Shown: positions 44,368 through 54,202, counted from the stretch's first letter. The stretch: DNA of 64,000 nucleotides from Clostridiales bacterium UBA1206 (GCA_002310055.1 DBXS01000010.1:2598-66597); one strand, 5' to 3'. The notes: generated by a model not told the origin, from the letters alone. Program-made: numbers and translations.

Positions 44368-45633
44368 ATGGAAGCGGACATCAAAAAAAGATCGACTCTG
44401 CTCATAATACTCTGCTGGGCGGCGTACGCCACGCAGTACATAAACAAATACAGCATCCAGATATGTCTCAAAGGGATGATCGAAAGCGGTCTGTTCACCG
44501 AATCGTTCGGCGGCAGCGTGCTGACGGCGTTCTTTGCGAGCTACGCTTTCGGGCAGTTCGTGAACGGCTGGCTCGGCGACAAAGTCAATCCGCGCTATAT
44601 GATAGGCACGGGACTTGCGGGCGCCGCGGCGATGAACCTTATGATGGGACTAGCCGGCGACAAGATCGTTGTACTCATTATATGGTGCCTCAACGGCTGG
44701 TTCTGCTCCATGCTCTGGGCGCCGGTGGTCCGCTGTGTGGCGGAGTTCATACCGGTCGAACGCCGTTCCGGCGCGGGCGCCTCGCTTTCCGCCACCAGCC
44801 CCGTGGGGCTGCTGACTGTCTACGCGCTGGGCGGCATATTCCTTGACGAGATCGGCTCGTATCGCCATGTATACATTGCCGCGTCGTGCTTCGCCGCGGT
44901 GATGGCGATAGTGTGGTTCATTGGGACGCATAAACTCAGAGACCATTTCAAACACTATTCGTCCGTCGCGCCGGAGACCGGCAAAAACGGCGGCGGCGCG
45001 CGCGTGGGCGGCAAAAAGCTCGCGTTCCTGCTCATCTCTTCGGGCGCCGCGTTCGGGTTCGGCTGCATAATGTTCAACGGCGTGCTCAAAGACGGCGTTT
45101 CGTCGTGGACGCACTCGTATCTCGTTTCCAATTACGGCATCACCGAATCGCTCGCCTCCACCCTGCTTATGATACTGCCGTTCGTCAACCTCGCCGGCGC
45201 TTTTTCGGCGGTGAAGCTGTTCAAGAAAAACAAAAACGAATTCCTCACCACCGCGGCGATGTTCGCGGTGTCTGTGGTCTCGATATCGCTCCTGCTTGCG
45301 GTGCGAAATTTCAGCGCCGTGTTCGGCGTGATACTGCTGGCGCTTTCTTCGGCGGCGATGCTGGGCGCAAACACGATGCTGCTCACGTTCCTGCCTATGC
45401 GGTTCGCCCACGTGGGGCGCGCCGCGACGTTCACAGGGATGCTCGACACCGTTTCGTACCTTTCTTCCGCGGTGTCCGGGACGGTGAACGGCAATATTAT
45501 AGAAAACAGCGGCTGGAACACGCTGATACTCGTCTGGGTCGGACTCGCCGCAGCCGGCGTGACGGTATCGGTGCTCGGCACGCTGAAATGGCGCAAGCGC
45601 AAGGAATCGCCCGAAGCGGAGCAAACGGAATAA
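44368..45633 (+). CDS. MFS transporter, probably of the organophosphate:Pi antiporter (GlpT/UhpC-like) family
   Basis: Twelve-TM profile. GQFVNGWLGDKVNPRYMIGTGL resembles the GlpT/UhpC D-R-x-N-P-R loop. Follows glpK. Confidence 0.65.
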   Translation: MEADIKKRSTLLIILCWAAYATQYINKYSIQICLKGMIESGLFTESFGGSVLTAFFASYAFGQFVNGWLGDKVNPRYMIGTGLAGAAAMNLMMGLAGDKIVVLIIWCLNGWFCSMLWAPVVRCVAEFIPVERRSGAGASLSATSPVGLLTVYALGGIFLDEIGSYRHVYIAASCFAAVMAIVWFIGTHKLRDHFKHYSSVAPETGKNGGGARVGGKKLAFLLISSGAAFGFGCIMFNGVLKDGVSSWTHSYLVSNYGITESLASTLLMILPFVNLAGAFSAVKLFKKNKNEFLTTAAMFAVSVVSISLLLAVRNFSAVFGVILLALSSAAMLGANTMLLTFLPMRFAHVGRAATFTGMLDTVSYLSSAVSGTVNGNIIENSGWNTLILVWVGLAAAGVTVSVLGTLKWRKRKESPEAEQTE

Positions 45634-45647
45634 ATGCAAAAAGGAAA

Positions 45648-45678
45648 ACGCAGGATGCACGCATCCTGCGTTTATTCT
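45648..45678. terminator. bidirectional rho-independent terminator
   Basis: CGCAGGATGC/GCATCCTGCG hairpin with A-rich 5' and T-rich 3' flanks, between convergent genes. Confidence 0.7.
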
Positions 45679-45691
45679 TATGTTTTCGGTA

Positions 45692-46813
45692 TTATTTATC
45701 GTGATAATACGCGCCCCAGTAGCGCTTGCCGGTCGTGGTGGTGGAGTTGAGGTCCATAAGCTGCGCCACGGTGACGAAGACATAGCCTTTGGCTTCGAGT
45801 ATCTCGGTCACGCGCTTGAACGCCTCGATGGAGTTTAGATACAGGTCGTGGAACAGTATTATGCTGCCGTCGCGCAGATATTTTGAATTGACCACGTTAT
45901 TCACGATGGTCTGTATATTCTGTTCGGCCTGTTCGGTGGTCTTTCTGCCGGTGTGCTGCCAGTCTTCGGAATCGACGTCCCAGATAATAATGTTGAAATC
46001 GCTCGCCTTGGCGCGTTCCTTGGTTATTTCGCCGTAGGGCGGACGCATCACTATGGGATAGTACCCGGCGTATTTTTCGACGAGCGTCGCCGTGTCGTAT
46101 ACTTCGTGTTTGTAAGTCTTGTCGCTGCAGGTCTTATACGAATATTCGTGCGTATATCCGTGCACGCCCGCTTCGCATCCCAAAGACACCGCGCGGGTGA
46201 TGTATTCACCGACTTTGCTGCTTTCGAGCCGGTGTCCCACCGAGAAGAACGTAACGACGTATCCTTTTTCTTCGAGAAAATCGAGCAGGATCGGGGTGTT
46301 GGACGAAGGACCGTCGTCAAACGTTATGGCGACGTATTTTTTGCCTTCCTCGCGTGTGATGTACTGCGGCTGCTCGTAGTTGCGCGTCTGTCCGCTCGGC
46401 GAAGACGTCTCTTCCTTGCTTTCTTCTTTACTCTCTTCTTTGCTTACTTCCTTGCTCGGCTCTTCGCTCGGTTCGTCGCTCGATTCTTCAACGGGCGGCT
46501 CGCTCGATTGTTCAACGGGCGGTTCGCTCGATTCTTCGACCGGCGCGGAAGATTCTTCCGTGCTCGGTTCGGTCGAGGGCTCGGCTTCGCTGCTTTCCTC
46601 GGGCTCGCTCGCCGTACCGGAGACCGCGCTTTCGTCGGCGGAAATATCTTCCGGCGCGGAGCCGTCTTCGGAAGGAGAAGCGCTTTCTTCGGCGGATTCG
46701 CTGATCTTACCGGGGTCGGATCTGTTGCCCACCTTGTTGGCGATGACCACGGCGAGCAGGACGCACAGGGCGCACGCCAGGATTATAATGCATTTAAAAA
46801 GCGTAGATTTCAT
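45692..46813 (-). CDS. polysaccharide deacetylase (NodB/CE4) with an N-terminal TM anchor and an acidic Ser/Glu/Pro-rich linker
   Basis: ORF trimmed to ATG 46813 (AGAGGGA SD sequence). The TFDDGP motif and H-x-x-x-H (HGYTHEY). Confidence 0.85.
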   Translation of the reverse strand: MKSTLFKCIIILACALCVLLAVVIANKVGNRSDPGKISESAEESASPSEDGSAPEDISADESAVSGTASEPEESSEAEPSTEPSTEESSAPVEESSEPPVEQSSEPPVEESSDEPSEEPSKEVSKEESKEESKEETSSPSGQTRNYEQPQYITREEGKKYVAITFDDGPSSNTPILLDFLEEKGYVVTFFSVGHRLESSKVGEYITRAVSLGCEAGVHGYTHEYSYKTCSDKTYKHEVYDTATLVEKYAGYYPIVMRPPYGEITKERAKASDFNIIIWDVDSEDWQHTGRKTTEQAEQNIQTIVNNVVNSKYLRDGSIILFHDLYLNSIEAFKRVTEILEAKGYVFVTVAQLMDLNSTTTTGKRYWGAYYHDK

Positions 46814-46837
46814 TTGTATCCCTCTGCTTTCCAAGAC

Positions 46838-47473
46838 TTATATCATCGGTTTCACCGGTTCCGTGACGAGCAGCGCCACGATTGCGGCGACGCATATGAC
46901 AAGGATCCCTATCATAACCGCGACGCCCGGCTTTTTGATCTTCACTCTGGAAATGAACAGCAGTCCCAATATAAGATACGCGGCGCGGAACACCCATCCC
47001 ATAACGCAGGGATCGATGTATTTGAGCATCATCACGAGTACGGGCAGCACGAAACATATCGTGGGGATAGGCGCGCCGGTGAAAGTCTTGAGACTTAAGT
47101 CTTCGGTCTCGGTTATCGCCTGCATATTGAAATACGCAAGCCGGATCGCTCCGCACGCGGCGTAGATGACGAGCAGTATGTAATCGTACCATTTGTTGCA
47201 GCCCAGCATATACGCTATCACCGCGGGGGTGACGCCGAACGACACCATATCGCACACCGTGTCGATCTGGATCCCGAACATTTTCGCCTTGACGTCTTCG
47301 CGGTTGGCGTGGCGCGCCACGCGGCCGTCGAACATATCGGAAATGCCGGCTATGAGCATTGCTATTACGGCAAACTCGTAATGCCCCGCTCCCGCAAGGC
47401 AGATCGCGACGACAGACGACGCGAGCCCCGTGAGAGTGATGAAATTCGCCAGATTGTAATATCCTATAAACAT
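46838..47473 (-). CDS. pssA: CDP-diacylglycerol--serine O-phosphatidyltransferase (CDP-alcohol phosphatidyltransferase family)
   Basis: D-x2-D-G-x2-A-R...G-x3-D-x3-D motif (SDMFDGRVARH...GIQIDTVCD). Multi-TM. Confidence 0.8.
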   Translation of the reverse strand: MFIGYYNLANFITLTGLASSVVAICLAGAGHYEFAVIAMLIAGISDMFDGRVARHANREDVKAKMFGIQIDTVCDMVSFGVTPAVIAYMLGCNKWYDYILLVIYAACGAIRLAYFNMQAITETEDLSLKTFTGAPIPTICFVLPVLVMMLKYIDPCVMGWVFRAAYLILGLLFISRVKIKKPGVAVMIGILVICVAAIVALLVTEPVKPMI

Positions 47474-47505
47474 ATCTATTCTCCCGAACGTTTAGTTTGC
47501 ATCTT

Positions 47506-48387
47506 TTAATACTGAGTCTTCTTTTTTAAAACTTCAAACAGTTTTTTGTAGCTTTCGTGCCTGGAAACGGGTATTTCCCCGCGCCCGACCGCGTCTATTA
47601 CGGCGCAGCCGATCTCTTTGGTGTGGCCGCAGCCGCGGAACCTGCATTTGCCGGAAAACGGTTCGAATTCCGGGAAACAGTACTCCAGGTCGTCGAATAC
47701 GAGCAGATCCTCGGTCTCGGGGTCGAGCGCCGAAAACCCGGGCGTGTCGGCGATATATCCGCCGTCGCCTGTCGCGAAAAGCTCGGTGTGGCGCGTGGTG
47801 TTTTTGCCGCGCGCGATCTTTGCGCTCAGCTCGCCGGTCTGCGCCGCGTACTGCGGGTACAGCCGGTTGAGCAGGCTGGATTTTCCCACTCCCGAAGCGC
47901 CGGCAAAGACCGCGAGCGCGCCTTTCAGGCGGCGCCGCAGCTCTTCGTCGCCATTGACGCCGATGCCGGTGCGGAACACCTCGAACCCGCACGCGGAATA
48001 TATGCGCGCGTATTCGTCGCCGCTCGACAGATCGCATTTGTTGATTATTATCACCGTGTCGACGCCGTACTTGACGCCGAGGCAGGTGAGGATATCCACG
48101 CAGTAGAGGTCGGGTTCGGGCTCGTGCGCGGAAATGACTATGCAGAACACGTCCGCGTTCGCCACGCTGGGCCGCGGGAAGCAGCACCTGCGCGGCAGTA
48201 TATCCGTTATGAAACCCGTGCCGTCGCCGTTATCGGTAAACACGGCGACGTCGCCGCAGAGCGGCTCTTTTTTTTCGCGCCGGAGCCGCGTGGCGGCTTT
48301 GCACACGCATACGCCCCGGGGCGTGGAAACGTCGAAAAATCCTTTGCGGCTGCACACTATGGTGCCGGTCTTCTGCTCCTCTTTCAT
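47506..48387 (-). CDS. rsgA: ribosome small subunit-dependent GTPase A
   Basis: Circularly permuted GTPase (NKCDL...GASGVGKSSLLN) and a C-terminal zinc motif CRFRGCGHTKEIGC. Confidence 0.92.
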   Translation of the reverse strand: MKEEQKTGTIVCSRKGFFDVSTPRGVCVCKAATRLRREKKEPLCGDVAVFTDNGDGTGFITDILPRRCCFPRPSVANADVFCIVISAHEPEPDLYCVDILTCLGVKYGVDTVIIINKCDLSSGDEYARIYSACGFEVFRTGIGVNGDEELRRRLKGALAVFAGASGVGKSSLLNRLYPQYAAQTGELSAKIARGKNTTRHTELFATGDGGYIADTPGFSALDPETEDLLVFDDLEYCFPEFEPFSGKCRFRGCGHTKEIGCAVIDAVGRGEIPVSRHESYKKLFEVLKKKTQY

Positions 48388-51176
48388 TCCGCAAGCGTTA
48401 TACTGATCTCGGTGTAGAAATCGACGTGCGAATACGGAGCGGGATACTGCTCGATGACCGTGCCGGAAGGTTCGTCGGACGGAGCGTAGTTGAGATCGCC
48501 GAGCGAAAGTCTGGCTGCGTCGAGCAGGTCCATCACCTCGTCGAGCGTCTTGCCGGTGAGGTCGGGCACGACCGCAGCGGTCTGCTGCACGCAGACGCGT
48601 ATGGTCACAACTGTCCCGGCGGCATGCTGTTCGCCGTCGGCAAGGCTCTGTTCGAGCACCTCGCCGTCATTGCCGAACGCGTTGACTTTTTCGACTTTTA
48701 CGTAATACCACGCGCTTTCGAGCGCGCGTATCGCCTGTTCCTCGTCCATACCGACGACGTCGGGCACTTCGTCAGCGAGCTGTTCGGTGCCGTAAAGCGT
48801 TACGTCGAGCGGCGCGCCCTGCAGTAAGTATTCGCCCTCGGGCGTGCCCTGGTCGACGACGTCGAACTGGTTGAAACCTTCGTAGTCGGTGCTGAAGGTG
48901 ACGTAGCCGGGGACGAGCCCGTTCTGGCGGAGCGCGGTGAGCAGCTGCACGAACGTGTAGCCCTTATAGTTGCCCACTAGCACGGAATCCTTTGCCACGC
49001 TTACGGTGATGGTTATGTTGGTGCCGACTTCGTAACCGGTGGCGCCGGACTGAAGCGACTGCGCGATTATTATGCCGGGCGTGGTGTTTTCGGCGACGCG
49101 GCGCTGAACGGTGACGTTATAGCCCGCTTCCTCGAGCATTGCGCGGCCTTCGTCGAGCGTCTTATTGCGGACGTCGGGGACTTCGAGCGCGTACTGCTTG
49201 CCCTCGCCGCAGAGCACGAGATCGATGACAGTGCCGGGAAGCACCGAGGTGCCCGGCTCGATGGACTGCCTTATGACGGTCCCCTTGGGGTACAGCAGCG
49301 AAGGTTCATATTTGACGCTGCCTCTGATGAGCCCGTCGAATTCCATCATGCTCTGGGCTTCCTGCAGCGTTTTGCCGCGGTAATCCTGCACCTTTTTGCT
49401 TTCCACGTAATGGCTGACGGTGAGTTTGACGGTCGTCCAGGCGGCGAGCCCCATCGTGTGCGGAGGCACGCTCTGTTCGAGCACCGTGCCGTCGGGCTGC
49501 TCGGATTCGCGGTATTCCACGGTGACGAGATAGAACGATTCCTCGAGGTTTTTAGTCGCGGCTTCGACCTTCAATCCCACAACGTTGGGGGTGGTCTTTG
49601 CGTCGACGATCTCTTCGGAATAACAGACGTTGAGAGTTACCGTCGTTTCGGGATTGATATACGAGCCCACGGCGGGGTTGGTCGACACCACCTGGTTGTC
49701 GTTGGCGTACTTATCGAGCACGCGGTTTATCTTGGTGGCGATCCTCAGGTTGCGGAAGACCGCCTCGGCGTCGGCGACGCTCATATAGCGCACGTCGGGG
49801 ACCGTGAGGTCTTCGGGGTATTTGTTGACCCACAAAGTCATGCGGCATTTGCCGTCGGCAAAGCGCTTTCTGCCCGCGGCGGGATCCTGCTTGATTATCA
49901 TATTGAACTTTACGCCGGGCTGGTACGATTCTTTTACCGTCACGACGTAATTGCTCTTTTCGAGTTCGTTCCGCAGGTCGGAAGTGTAGATCATCTCCAC
50001 GAGGTTGCGCACCTCAAAGTCTTCCTGCTCCTCGCTCGCAAACAGCGTGGGGATCCATTTTACCGCAAGATACGCGCCCAAAAGCAGCGCCACGACAAGA
50101 AACGCCAGGAAAACGCCGGTTATGACCGGGAAGATCGAATGGCTGGGATGTTCCTTGCGTTCGCGCTTGCGCTCTTTTTTGCGTTTCTGGCGCTTGGATT
50201 CGCCTTCTTCTTCGGCTTTTTTATCTTCTTCAAGCTTGATCACGTATTCGCCGATCTCGCCGGTGTTGATCATACCTATATTCACACTGTCAACGTCCTC
50301 GGGGTCGTGTTCTTCCCCGTCTTCATAAAAAACCACTTCAGGATGTTTTATGACGTAATCGACCGCTTTGAGCATGGCGTGTGCGTCTTCAAAGCGTTTT
50401 TCGGGCTGTTTCTGCATCGCTTTGCGGACTATCTGCGCCACGCCGTACGGAACGGTGGGGTTCAGCTCCTCCACGTCTTTCGGCGTGTCGTTGATCTGCA
50501 TCATCGCGATAGTGACCGCCGAATCCGCGGTGAACGGGAGCTGGCCGGTGAGCATTTCGTAGAACAGCACGCCCACCGAATAGAGGTCCGAAGCGTATGA
50601 AGTCTCCTGACCGCTCGCCTGCTCGGGCGAAATATAGTACACGGTGCCTATGGCTTTCTCGTCGCTCGAAGCGTCGGACATATCGGGCGTCTTTGCAATG
50701 CCGAAGTCCGTCACCTTGACGCAGCCGTCTTTCATAAGCATAATGTTCTGAGGCTTGATGTCGCGGTGGATGACGTTTTTGCTGTGAGCGTGTTCGAGCG
50801 CGCGCAGTATCTGCAGAGTGTAGACGCACGCCTCTTTCCACGGCAGGACTTTTTTGTTGTCCATATACGTGCGCAGCGTGATGCCGTCGAGATATTCCAT
50901 AACGATATACTTGATATCGGGATATATCGCCACGTCGTAGACGCTGACGATATTCTGGTTCGAAAGCATCGCCACGGCTTTGGATTCGTTTATAAAGCGC
51001 TTTTCGGCCTCTTCGTCGCCGTTGTACTGCTCGTTGAGTATCTTAACGGCGACCACCCTGTTCATAACGAGGTCTTCGGCTTTTAGTACGAACGCCATGC
51101 CGCCCACGCCGACCGGCTCGAGTATCTTGTACCTGCCGTCGAGTATCTTGCCTATGATGTTCTCGTATTTGTTCAT
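48384..51176 (-). CDS. prkC: Ser/Thr protein kinase PrkC/Stk1-type with eight extracellular PASTA-like repeats
   Basis: Hanks kinase motifs (GVGGMAFV, HRDIKPQN, DFG, SPEQ). One TM at about aa 348-375. Then 8 repeats of about 68 aa. Confidence 0.92.
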   Translation of the reverse strand: MNKYENIIGKILDGRYKILEPVGVGGMAFVLKAEDLVMNRVVAVKILNEQYNGDEEAEKRFINESKAVAMLSNQNIVSVYDVAIYPDIKYIVMEYLDGITLRTYMDNKKVLPWKEACVYTLQILRALEHAHSKNVIHRDIKPQNIMLMKDGCVKVTDFGIAKTPDMSDASSDEKAIGTVYYISPEQASGQETSYASDLYSVGVLFYEMLTGQLPFTADSAVTIAMMQINDTPKDVEELNPTVPYGVAQIVRKAMQKQPEKRFEDAHAMLKAVDYVIKHPEVVFYEDGEEHDPEDVDSVNIGMINTGEIGEYVIKLEEDKKAEEEGESKRQKRKKERKRERKEHPSHSIFPVITGVFLAFLVVALLLGAYLAVKWIPTLFASEEQEDFEVRNLVEMIYTSDLRNELEKSNYVVTVKESYQPGVKFNMIIKQDPAAGRKRFADGKCRMTLWVNKYPEDLTVPDVRYMSVADAEAVFRNLRIATKINRVLDKYANDNQVVSTNPAVGSYINPETTVTLNVCYSEEIVDAKTTPNVVGLKVEAATKNLEESFYLVTVEYRESEQPDGTVLEQSVPPHTMGLAAWTTVKLTVSHYVESKKVQDYRGKTLQEAQSMMEFDGLIRGSVKYEPSLLYPKGTVIRQSIEPGTSVLPGTVIDLVLCGEGKQYALEVPDVRNKTLDEGRAMLEEAGYNVTVQRRVAENTTPGIIIAQSLQSGATGYEVGTNITITVSVAKDSVLVGNYKGYTFVQLLTALRQNGLVPGYVTFSTDYEGFNQFDVVDQGTPEGEYLLQGAPLDVTLYGTEQLADEVPDVVGMDEEQAIRALESAWYYVKVEKVNAFGNDGEVLEQSLADGEQHAAGTVVTIRVCVQQTAAVVPDLTGKTLDEVMDLLDAARLSLGDLNYAPSDEPSGTVIEQYPAPYSHVDFYTEISITLAE

Positions 51177-51919
51177 AGCTGCTCCTTCCCGTCAAAAACG
51201 ACTGCGGTGATGTTGTCCGCGCCGCCGCGCTCGTTGGCGACTTCCACCAGGATGTTGAGCTTGGTGACGTCGTCGAGCCCGTCGGTGAGCACGTTGAGCA
51301 TTTCTTCTTTGCTTACCACGTTGGAAAGTCCGTCGGTGCACAGCAGGAGGTAATCGAAATCCGTGATGTTGAACACGTCGCATTCGGTAGATTCCGCCAC
51401 GCCCACGACTTTGAGTATTATGTTTTTCTGCGGATGGTTCGCGGCTTCGAGTTCGCTTATCGCTCCGCTGTCTATGAGGTACTGCACGAACGAATGGTCT
51501 TTGGTGATCTGCCTTATCTCTTCGCCCTTGACCGCGTAAAGGCGCGAATCGCCCGTGTTGACTATATACGCCCTGTCGCCTATGCACACCGCGCCGACCA
51601 GCGTGGTGCCCATTCCCTCGTAGGAATCGTTGGTGCCGGCTTTTTCGTATACTGCCGTATTGGCGAGATTGAGCGAATTTGCGAGTATGCGGTCGATATC
51701 GCCCGTGGTAAAGCGGTCGAAATTGAGCGACGCCAGCGAGGTGCGCAGACTCTTCATAAACGCGGTCGCCGCGGTGCGGCTCGCGGTGCTGCCGCCTTTC
51801 GCTCCGCCCATGCCGTCGCAGACCACCGCCGCCGTATAGCGTTTGGTGGAATGTATGCGAAAGCAATCCTGGTTGCTCTTTCGCTTCAGCCCTATGTTCG
51901 TTATTCCGTTGCACAACAT
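51173..51919 (-). CDS. stp: PP2C-family Ser/Thr phosphatase (Stp/PrpC)
   Basis: GLKRKSNQD, CDGMGGAKGG, CTDGLSN and GGADNITAVV. ATGA overlap with prkC. Confidence 0.92.
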   Translation of the reverse strand: MLCNGITNIGLKRKSNQDCFRIHSTKRYTAAVVCDGMGGAKGGSTASRTAATAFMKSLRTSLASLNFDRFTTGDIDRILANSLNLANTAVYEKAGTNDSYEGMGTTLVGAVCIGDRAYIVNTGDSRLYAVKGEEIRQITKDHSFVQYLIDSGAISELEAANHPQKNIILKVVGVAESTECDVFNITDFDYLLLCTDGLSNVVSKEEMLNVLTDGLDDVTKLNILVEVANERGGADNITAVVFDGKEQL

Positions 51920-51934
51920 AGCGTTACCAGCCTT

Positions 51935-52951
51935 TCAGTCGTTTTCTGCCTTCAGCTGCCCGCAGGCGGCCGAAATATCGTTGCCCAGACTCCGGCGCAC
52001 GGTCGCGGTGACTCCGTGCTTTTCCAGCACCTCCGCAAACGCCCGGACGGCGTCGCGTTCGCTGCGTTTATATCCCCGGCGCCCGGTGTGATTGAGCGGT
52101 ATGAGGTTCACGTGGCACAGCGTGCCTTTTAGCCTTGACGCGAGTTCAGACGCGTTTTCGGGACTGTCGTTCACTCCCGAAATGAGCGCGTATTCGAACG
52201 AAATGCGCCGTTTGGTCTTCTGCTCGTATCTGACGCACGCTTCGAGCAGTTCGTCGTAGCCGTACCGGTTCGCCACCGGCATTATCGACTTGCGGATATC
52301 GCCGTTAGGCGCGTGGAGCGACACCGAAAGCGTTATCGGAAGCCCCTCGCCGGCGAGCCGGTCCATTTTGTCTATAAGCCCACAGGTCGAAAGCGATATA
52401 TGCCTGTAACCGATGTTCAGGCCTTTTTCGTCGTTGACGAGCCGTAAAAAACGCATTACGTTTTCGTAATTGTCGAGCGGTTCGCCCATTCCCATAAGCA
52501 CCACGTTCGAAACCCGTTCTCCGGTGTCGGACTGTATCTCGAGTATCTGCAAAAGCATCTCGCACGCGTAGAGCGAACGCCTGAGCCCCTTTACGGTGGA
52601 AGCGCAGAACGAACATCCCATCCTGCACCCCGCCTGGGTCGAAACGCACACGGTGTTGCCGTGGCGGTAGCGCATAAACACGCTTTCTATGCGCTCGCCG
52701 TCGTAAAGTTCGAACAGGTATTTGCGCGTGCCGTCGGTCGAGATCTGCCGCCTGACCGTTCTGCAGGTGCATAGCAGGCAGTTTTCCTTGAGCTTTTCAC
52801 GCAATGCCGCCGGCAGGTTGTTCAGTTCGTCGAACGACCTTATCCCCTTCTGCAGCCAGCCGAAAAGCTGTTTCCCGCGGTAGGCGGGCTCGCCGAGCGA
52901 AACGCAGAACTCCATAAGTTCCGGTTCGGTCATTGACATAAGATCTGTCAT
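51935..52951 (-). CDS. rlmN: 23S rRNA/tRNA (adenine-C2)-methyltransferase RlmN (radical SAM)
   Basis: CRMGCSFC radical-SAM cluster, GMGEPLDN and a C-terminal AACGQL. Confidence 0.92.
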   Translation of the reverse strand: MTDLMSMTEPELMEFCVSLGEPAYRGKQLFGWLQKGIRSFDELNNLPAALREKLKENCLLCTCRTVRRQISTDGTRKYLFELYDGERIESVFMRYRHGNTVCVSTQAGCRMGCSFCASTVKGLRRSLYACEMLLQILEIQSDTGERVSNVVLMGMGEPLDNYENVMRFLRLVNDEKGLNIGYRHISLSTCGLIDKMDRLAGEGLPITLSVSLHAPNGDIRKSIMPVANRYGYDELLEACVRYEQKTKRRISFEYALISGVNDSPENASELASRLKGTLCHVNLIPLNHTGRRGYKRSERDAVRAFAEVLEKHGVTATVRRSLGNDISAACGQLKAEND

Positions 52952-52957
52952 CGCGCT

Positions 52958-54202
52958 TTAACGTATCCTTTCAATAAGTGCGGCGTAAAACGCGTCGAAC
53001 CGACCGTTTTCCGCAAGAAAAGTATGCTCGGATATGAGCCTGAAACCGTCGTTTTGACGGATGAAAGATTCGACCTGCCGCCCGTTTTCGTCTTTGTTGA
53101 ACGTGCAGGTGGAATATACCATCCTCCCGCCCGCGCGCAGATACGCCGCCGAAGCGGAAAGGATCTGCGCCTGAGTCTGATACAAAGGCGCGAGCGTGGA
53201 AATATCTTTGTACCTTATTTCGGGTTTTGAAGCGAGCACGCCGAGCGACGAGCACGGCACGTCGCATATCACCCTGTCGGCGCTTTGGGCGAGCGCCGGA
53301 TCGGGAACGCGTGAATCGCGTTCATACGCCGAGATTATATCTATCCCCAGCTTTTGCGCCGAAGAAACGATGAGCGAAAGTTTGTTTTTGTGGATATCGA
53401 AAGCCGTAATTGCGCCGGTATTTTTCATATCGAGCGCGGCGCCGAGCGCTTTTCCGCCCGGGCAGGCGCAGACGTCTATGACGTTCATACCCGGCTCCGC
53501 GCCGAGCAAGGATACCGCGAACTGCGAATTGGCGCCCTGCACGAAATAGTCGCCGCCTATGCCTTCGATTATGCGGTCGCCGCCCGAAGTTACGGTGACG
53601 GTATTCCCGTTCGCCGTACATTCCGCGCCGTCTTTTGCAAGGCGGGACGCGAGTTCTTCCGCCGTGGTGCGCAGCGTGTTCACGCGCAGGCACAGCTCCG
53701 GGCGCGAAAACACGCATCCGAGCGCGTACCCGGCTTCGTCCGGATATTGCTTGCGCAGCATATCGCAGATATCCTGCGACAGCGAACATCTTATATGCTC
53801 GGGAGCTTCGCTTATGTATTCAAGCACTTCGTCTTTTTCGCGGCAGACCGAACGCAGCACGGCGTTCACGAAACCGGCGCGGCGTTCGTCGGTGAGCTCT
53901 TTCGCCGCCTTGACGGTCTCGTCGCACGCGGCGGAAGGCGGTATTTTTTGCATATACAGTATCTGCGCGAGCCCCGCGTAGAGGGCGCAGACGAGTTCCG
54001 GCTCCGGCTTTTTGCGCACGTATTTTGAAAGCACGCAGTCGAGCGTGAGCTTGCGTTCGAGCACCGTGCGGACGATCGCGGCGTAAAGCGCGCGGTCGGC
54101 GCCGGAAAGCCCGTCGGTATGCATAAGTTCTATGGAAGAATACGCTCCGTCGCGCAGCACGCGGCGCAGAGTCCGGACGGCTTCAAGGCGCGGCGAGCCC
54201 AT
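52958..54202 (-). CDS. rsmB: 16S rRNA (cytosine967-C5)-methyltransferase RsmB
   Basis: ORF trimmed to ATG 54202 (TGATG overlap with the upstream gene). NusB-like N-terminus, DVCACPGGK SAM motif, DVPCS and TCT catalytic cysteines. Confidence 0.88.
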   Translation of the reverse strand: MGSPRLEAVRTLRRVLRDGAYSSIELMHTDGLSGADRALYAAIVRTVLERKLTLDCVLSKYVRKKPEPELVCALYAGLAQILYMQKIPPSAACDETVKAAKELTDERRAGFVNAVLRSVCREKDEVLEYISEAPEHIRCSLSQDICDMLRKQYPDEAGYALGCVFSRPELCLRVNTLRTTAEELASRLAKDGAECTANGNTVTVTSGGDRIIEGIGGDYFVQGANSQFAVSLLGAEPGMNVIDVCACPGGKALGAALDMKNTGAITAFDIHKNKLSLIVSSAQKLGIDIISAYERDSRVPDPALAQSADRVICDVPCSSLGVLASKPEIRYKDISTLAPLYQTQAQILSASAAYLRAGGRMVYSTCTFNKDENGRQVESFIRQNDGFRLISEHTFLAENGRFDAFYAALIERIR

